Assembly: GCA_029882015.1 (NCBI GenBank)
Contig: JAOULM010000001.1
Coordinates: 1 to 33,991, forward strand
Direction: 5' to 3'
Length of the DNA: 33,991 nt
Source of the DNA: Candidatus Nomurabacteria bacterium
GTDB lineage: Bacteria; Patescibacteriota; Minisyncoccia; Phycocordibacterales; UBA1006
The notes below the pieces were generated by a model. The model did not search any database. It saw only the letters and a program-made list of their open reading frames with translations, and was not told the origin of the DNA. Numbering within the stretch: position 1 is the stretch's first letter; every line of letters begins with the position of its first letter. Of this stretch, positions 29,855 through 33,991 are shown piece by piece. The translations under genes were made by a program, and so were the position numbers.

Positions 29855-29865
29855 ACCTACACAAT

Positions 29866-30582
29866 ATGGCTTTTAAACTTGAAACTGAACAATTTTCTGG
29901 ACCGTTGGAGGTTTTGCTGGACATGATCCAAAAACGCAAACTTCCGATCAATGATATTTCATTATCACAGATTACGGATGAATACCTGAGCTATGTGCAG
30001 GGGATTGATAAATCACATTTCGGAGATGTGACATATTTTCTCGTGGTGGCATCTACGTTGATGTTGATTAAATCAAAATCATTGTTGCCGACTATTGACT
30101 TGACCGAAGACGAGGAAGACTCGATCATGGATCTGGAGCGACGCTTGAAAACATTACAGGTTTATCAACGACACATGGATTCCTTGAATGACCGTATTAC
30201 AAATAACAAACGATTGTATTTTGGAACAGGCGAGCGAGCCAAACGAGTCTTTGCGCCTGATAAAAAAGTAACTTCGCAGGTTCTATTAAATAGTATCCGC
30301 GAGGTGTTATCCATGGTGCCAAAACCGGTTATTAATCCCGAGGTGCGCGTTCGGACTGTTATCCATATCGAGGACATGATGCAGTCGCTAGAAGACCGCC
30401 TGAGAACCGCGCTGAAAACCAGTTTCCGTGATCTGACAAAACCGAGTGACGGAATGACATCTGCCGAAGCCAAGACCCACGCCGTGGTTGGGTTTATTGC
30501 CATGCTGGAGATGGTGAAAAACGGGCTGTGTGATGTTATGCAGGATGAACATTATTCAGATATCGCAATCGAGCGGGTGTGA
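29866..30582 (+). CDS. scpA: segregation and condensation protein A
   Basis: FSGPLEVLLDMIQKRKLPINDISLSQITDEYLSYV is typical of the ScpA N-terminus. Confidence 0.85.
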   Translation: MAFKLETEQFSGPLEVLLDMIQKRKLPINDISLSQITDEYLSYVQGIDKSHFGDVTYFLVVASTLMLIKSKSLLPTIDLTEDEEDSIMDLERRLKTLQVYQRHMDSLNDRITNNKRLYFGTGERAKRVFAPDKKVTSQVLLNSIREVLSMVPKPVINPEVRVRTVIHIEDMMQSLEDRLRTALKTSFRDLTKPSDGMTSAEAKTHAVVGFIAMLEMVKNGLCDVMQDEHYSDIAIERV

Positions 30583-30602
30583 TAGAATAAAGCCATCATA
30601 GC

Positions 30603-30728
30603 CCTCCTCCCCTATGTAGGGGAGGTGCCCGTAGGGCGGAGGGGTATCAATATATAAACACCTTAAAAACAATACCCCTCAGTCTCACTCGTACCTCGTT
30701 CGACAGCTCCCCTACATAGGGGAGCAGG
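30603..30728. repeat. GC-rich palindromic repeat pair (forward unit 30603-30647, inverted long unit 30672-30728) filling the scpA-scpB spacer
   Basis: The forward unit is near-identical to 14890-14935. The inverted unit is near-identical to 28649-28707. The architecture matches the pair inside mnmA. Confidence 0.85.
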
Positions 30729-30743
30729 ACATTTTTAATTTTT

Positions 30744-31316
30744 ATGAACCTATCTGACACACAATTAATCGAGGCATTATTGTTCGCAACAGGCGAGCCA
30801 GTTTTGATTTCTGACCTAGCAAAAAAACTGGGATGGAAGCCAAACCAGGCGAGCGAGGCCCTGGAGAATTTGCAGAATAATTTGGGTGACCGTGGAATTC
30901 AACTTTTAGTTAATGGTGACATCACTGACGAAAAAACATCGGTGTCATTGGTCACACATCCAGACGCCGGGGAACTGTTGGCGAAACTTCGCAAGGATGA
31001 ACTGTCAGCGCCATTGACCCGCGCTGTTTTGGAAACTTTTGCAACTATTGCGTATAGCACCGATGGTATAACCAAACCCGAGATTGATTATATCCGCGGG
31101 GTTAACTGTGGGCACGCACTGCGTACATTGTTGGTCCGTGGCTTGATTGAAAAAATGGCAAATCCAGATGACAAGCGTTCATCAAAATATCGTATGTCAT
31201 CGGACGCATTGGCCGAGCTGGGCGTAACGACTCTGGATCAGATGCCAGAATTTGCAGATGTACAAACAGAATTGACCGGTGTTACCAGCGAGATGAAAAC
31301 CGACGATGCGGAATAA
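30744..31316 (+). CDS. scpB: segregation and condensation protein B
   Basis: LIEALLFATGEPVLISDLAKKLG...AVLETFATIAY...ITKPEIDYIRGVNCGHALRTLLVRGLI. Confidence 0.85.
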   Translation: MNLSDTQLIEALLFATGEPVLISDLAKKLGWKPNQASEALENLQNNLGDRGIQLLVNGDITDEKTSVSLVTHPDAGELLAKLRKDELSAPLTRAVLETFATIAYSTDGITKPEIDYIRGVNCGHALRTLLVRGLIEKMANPDDKRSSKYRMSSDALAELGVTTLDQMPEFADVQTELTGVTSEMKTDDAE

Positions 31317-31324
31317 TAAATAAT

Positions 31325-32338
31325 ATGTCACGTTTTTTTAAAAAATCATTTCGTCATCGTTCGCCGTTTGCCCGGCGTATACATCGTCAAAAATCATCAA
31401 TCCAAGGGTTGGCAATTGGTGTTGTGGCGATGTTTGGGATAGCTGTTGTTGGTGCTGGGATATTGGGCGGGGCCGTGGCAGGTCATCAGAAATTAGCCAA
31501 AGCTCAGATTACAACTGCTGTTTCAGAAATATTGGAATACAAACAGGAAACAATTTTAGATATTCGCACCAAGGCATTTGACGAGCTGGATATACAGGCT
31601 CAAAATATTTTAGTTACAGATTTGGTAACCGGGGAAGTCTGGTTTGAACGAGATTCTTATTCTCCTGTTCCGTTGGCGTCGGTTGCAAAACTTGCCACAA
31701 CTTATGTTGCGCACAAAGGTATCACGAATGAAATTATCACAATTTCAAATTCGGCAATTTCTCAGCTAGGAGATTTTGGGTTATCTGTTGGGCAAAAAGT
31801 ATCCCGAGATGATTTGATTCGGATGGCTTTGGTTGTTTCGTCAAACGATGCCGCCTATGCGTTGGGCGAAGCTTACGAGCAAAATACCAACATATCTATC
31901 GTTGATGCATTGAATTGGTTTGCTGGGGATAATGGATGGGAGACATTGCATTTTAATAATCCAACAGGGTTAGATATCACCGCGGACAATGGTGATGATA
32001 TTTCTGGCGCAACAGGTAGTGCCAAAGACATAACAGAATTGCTGACTCTTGTTGCGACAGAGAATATCGATGTTTTTGAAACGTCTACAGATGTTGCTGT
32101 TGCAGAATTGGCAACGTTGCTGGAATCGCGCGCGAACAACACAAATAAAATCAGAAGCTCTTTGTCTGGTTTACGAATATCAAAAACAGGATTTACAGAT
32201 TTGGCAGGAGGAAATCTGGTGTTTGTATTCGAGCCAGAAATCGCCAGGCCATTTGCTGTGGTAATTTTGGGTTCAGGTTATGACGAACGGTTCGATGACG
32301 CCGAGAAAATTGTTAATACGATTTATGAAAATTTATAA
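31325..32338 (+). CDS. D-alanyl-D-alanine carboxypeptidase (peptidase S11, PBP5/DacB-like) with N-terminal TM anchor
   Basis: SxxK = SVAK (LASVAKLAT), SxN = SSND, KTG = KTGFT. Confidence 0.8.
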   Translation: MSRFFKKSFRHRSPFARRIHRQKSSIQGLAIGVVAMFGIAVVGAGILGGAVAGHQKLAKAQITTAVSEILEYKQETILDIRTKAFDELDIQAQNILVTDLVTGEVWFERDSYSPVPLASVAKLATTYVAHKGITNEIITISNSAISQLGDFGLSVGQKVSRDDLIRMALVVSSNDAAYALGEAYEQNTNISIVDALNWFAGDNGWETLHFNNPTGLDITADNGDDISGATGSAKDITELLTLVATENIDVFETSTDVAVAELATLLESRANNTNKIRSSLSGLRISKTGFTDLAGGNLVFVFEPEIARPFAVVILGSGYDERFDDAEKIVNTIYENL

Positions 32339-32350
32339 TTCAGGTATAAT
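32323..32350 (+). promoter_or_regulatory. possible promoter of mraY (TTATGA-16-TATAAT); ATG 8 nt after the -10
   Basis: Hexamers at 32323-32328 and 32345-32350. Confidence 0.35.
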
Positions 32351-32358
32351 AAAATAAT

Positions 32359-33429
32359 ATGATTTCAAATGCTTTAAAAATTATTATCCCGTCATTATTG
32401 GCTTTTTGGATTGGTATCGCAATAACACCAACACTTACCAATATGATGTACAAACATCGTCTATGGAAGCGCAAGGCACGCAAAGACGATGTAACAGACA
32501 AACCCGAGGACGCCATTAATCCTGACTTTAAAAAAATTCATAATACAACGGCGGAACTTTCGACACCCCGCATTGGTGGAATTATTATTTGGATTGCTAT
32601 CACTTTGACTGTTGTATTGTTGTGGATAGTTTCAAATTTTGTACCCGAGAATGTCAGCGAAATCTTGGACTTTTTCAGTCGCGGTCAAACATTGATTCCA
32701 TTGTTTGCGTTTTTGGTTGCGTCACTCATTGGGCTGGCTGATGATTTATTGCAAATTTTTGGTGGTGGACGCAGTGGTTTCGAGGGGCTCAGTCGTTATA
32801 CTCGATTTGGCGTTGTTGTCGTTATCGGATTGATTGGAGCATTGTGGTTTTTCTTGAAATTGGATATTTCCAGCATCGCGATCCCGTTCACTGAAATCAG
32901 ATGGGAAATGGGCTGGATGTTTGTTCCATTTTTTGTTGTGGTTGTTTTAGGGACTTTTTCATCCGGAGTTATAGACGGTATTGATGGATTGTCTGGTGGT
33001 GTTTTGGCTATTATTTATTCGGCATTTGCAATGATTGCATATTTCACAGGGTTGTATGATATTGCTGCTCTTTGTGGAGTAATCGCCGGGGGGACACTGG
33101 CATTTTTGTGGTTTAATATTCCGCCTGCCAGATTTTATATGGGAGAGACCGGAATGTTGGGTCTGACTATTACATTGGCGATTGTTGCATTTCTGACGGA
33201 CAGCGTTTTGTTGCTCCCTGTGATTGCATTTCCGTTGGTTGCGACATCATTGTCATCTGCGATTCAATTGGTTTCGAAAAAGTTTTTTGGCGGTAAAAAA
33301 GTATTTAAAATCGCACCACTCCATCATCATTTCGAAGCTCTGGGTTGGTCACGAGAAAAAATTACCATGCGATATTGGGTTTTGACGGTGTTCTGCGCGT
33401 TTGTTGGATTGATGATTGCATTTTTGTAG
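32359..33429 (+). CDS. mraY: phospho-N-acetylmuramoyl-pentapeptide transferase
   Basis: GLADDLLQIFGG, IDGIDGLSGG, FYMGETGMLGL, APLHHHFE. Confidence 0.95.
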   Translation: MISNALKIIIPSLLAFWIGIAITPTLTNMMYKHRLWKRKARKDDVTDKPEDAINPDFKKIHNTTAELSTPRIGGIIIWIAITLTVVLLWIVSNFVPENVSEILDFFSRGQTLIPLFAFLVASLIGLADDLLQIFGGGRSGFEGLSRYTRFGVVVVIGLIGALWFFLKLDISSIAIPFTEIRWEMGWMFVPFFVVVVLGTFSSGVIDGIDGLSGGVLAIIYSAFAMIAYFTGLYDIAALCGVIAGGTLAFLWFNIPPARFYMGETGMLGLTITLAIVAFLTDSVLLLPVIAFPLVATSLSSAIQLVSKKFFGGKKVFKIAPLHHHFEALGWSREKITMRYWVLTVFCAFVGLMIAFL

Positions 33430-33436
33430 GACACAT

Positions 33437-33991
33437 ATGACTGGTTCACCCCACAAAGGAAAAATAGACCGAGTGTTTTTGGGGTTAGTTATTATTTTGG
33501 TAATCATTGGTGTTTTTGCTTTTGCTACGGCAGGTATGGCTGTTTTAGCCGAAGACAGGTCATTCTTTTTTCGGATGCTGGTTAACCAGATTGTTTTGGG
33601 GTTGATTGGTGGTGGGGCAGTCGCATATATTTTACAAAGAACCGATTATCATATTTTTAAAAAATACGCATGGGTTTTGCTGGGGCTAGGTATGATTGTA
33701 ACGGGTTTGGTTTTTGTTCCTGGTGTTGGTGTTGAATTTAATGGTGCGCGTCGTTGGCTGAGCCTGGGGCCGTTTTCTTTTCAGCCTGCGGAATTATTAA
33801 AAATCGTTTATATCATTTATTTGGCGTCTTGGTTTACTTGGATCAAGGATAAAATATCAGAATGGAAATGGGGAATTATGCCGTTTATGGCGGTAACAGG
33901 AGTAGCTGGAATTTTGTTATTGTTACAGCCAGATACGGGGACTTTTTTGGTTATGATTTTTGCTGGTGGGGTTATGTATTTTATTTCTGGG
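33437..33991 (+). CDS. ftsW: SEDS-family peptidoglycan polymerase FtsW/RodA, 3'-truncated by window edge (not in ORF track)
   Basis: My translation from ATG 33437 is open to the window end. NGARRWLSLGPFSFQPAELLKIVYIIYLASW and LLLLQPDTGTFLVM match SEDS signatures. Follows mraY. Confidence 0.85.
   Translation, partial: MTGSPHKGKIDRVFLGLVIILVIIGVFAFATAGMAVLAEDRSFFFRMLVNQIVLGLIGGGAVAYILQRTDYHIFKKYAWVLLGLGMIVTGLVFVPGVGVEFNGARRWLSLGPFSFQPAELLKIVYIIYLASWFTWIKDKISEWKWGIMPFMAVTGVAGILLLLQPDTGTFLVMIFAGGVMYFISG

Noticed and set aside
169-30728. The recurring GC-rich units as a CRISPR array
   Set aside because: The copies are dispersed over 30 kb and are not regularly spaced. They occur in both orientations and in size variants, and no cas genes are present.

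Overview
This is a dense, mostly housekeeping window with about 41 CDS from a moderately AT-rich bacterium. I infer a small-genome, Patescibacteria/CPR-like organism from the minimised AlaRS and AspRS, the PaaX-like and DKNYY genes, and the scarcity of Shine-Dalgarno sequences. No search was possible, so this is inference only.

Gene order:
- mnmA (5' partial), small orf, alaS, ECF-type sigma factor, actin-like ATPase, large membrane-anchored protein
- infA-rpmJ-rpsM-rpsK-rpsD-rpoA-rplQ-rplM-rpsI
- (-) PaaX-like regulator plus two DKNYY membrane proteins
- grpE-dnaK-dnaJ (class B), orphan receiver domain
- small orf plus DUF2335
- (-) corA-cysS
- rplU
- membrane orf
- (-) dnaB-recR
- two orphan sRNA-like transcription units
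- trpS
- ABC exporter
- T-box leader, YdeN-like hydrolase, aspS
- (-) two related small orfs
- scpA-scpB, S11 carboxypeptidase, mraY, ftsW/rodA (3' partial)

The non-coding signals are the most interesting part:
1. A GC-rich palindromic repeat family sits just after several stop codons. One copy pair is inserted in-frame inside mnmA.
2. Two 350-bp mosaic structured repeats lie after rpsI and after dnaK, with a compensatory stem change between them.
3. A compact T-box with an apparent Asp (GAU) specifier lies ahead of a hydrolase-aspS operon.
4. Two unassigned sRNA-like units, each with a promoter and a terminator, lie between dnaB and trpS.
5. A perfect 40-bp palindrome lies over the dnaB promoter.
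6. An inverted pair of 29-nt palindromes lies upstream of dnaK.
7. About 12 transcription units have a -10 hexamer 6-13 nt upstream of the ATG, which implies leaderless mRNAs.

No rRNA, tRNA, CRISPR array or transposase was found.
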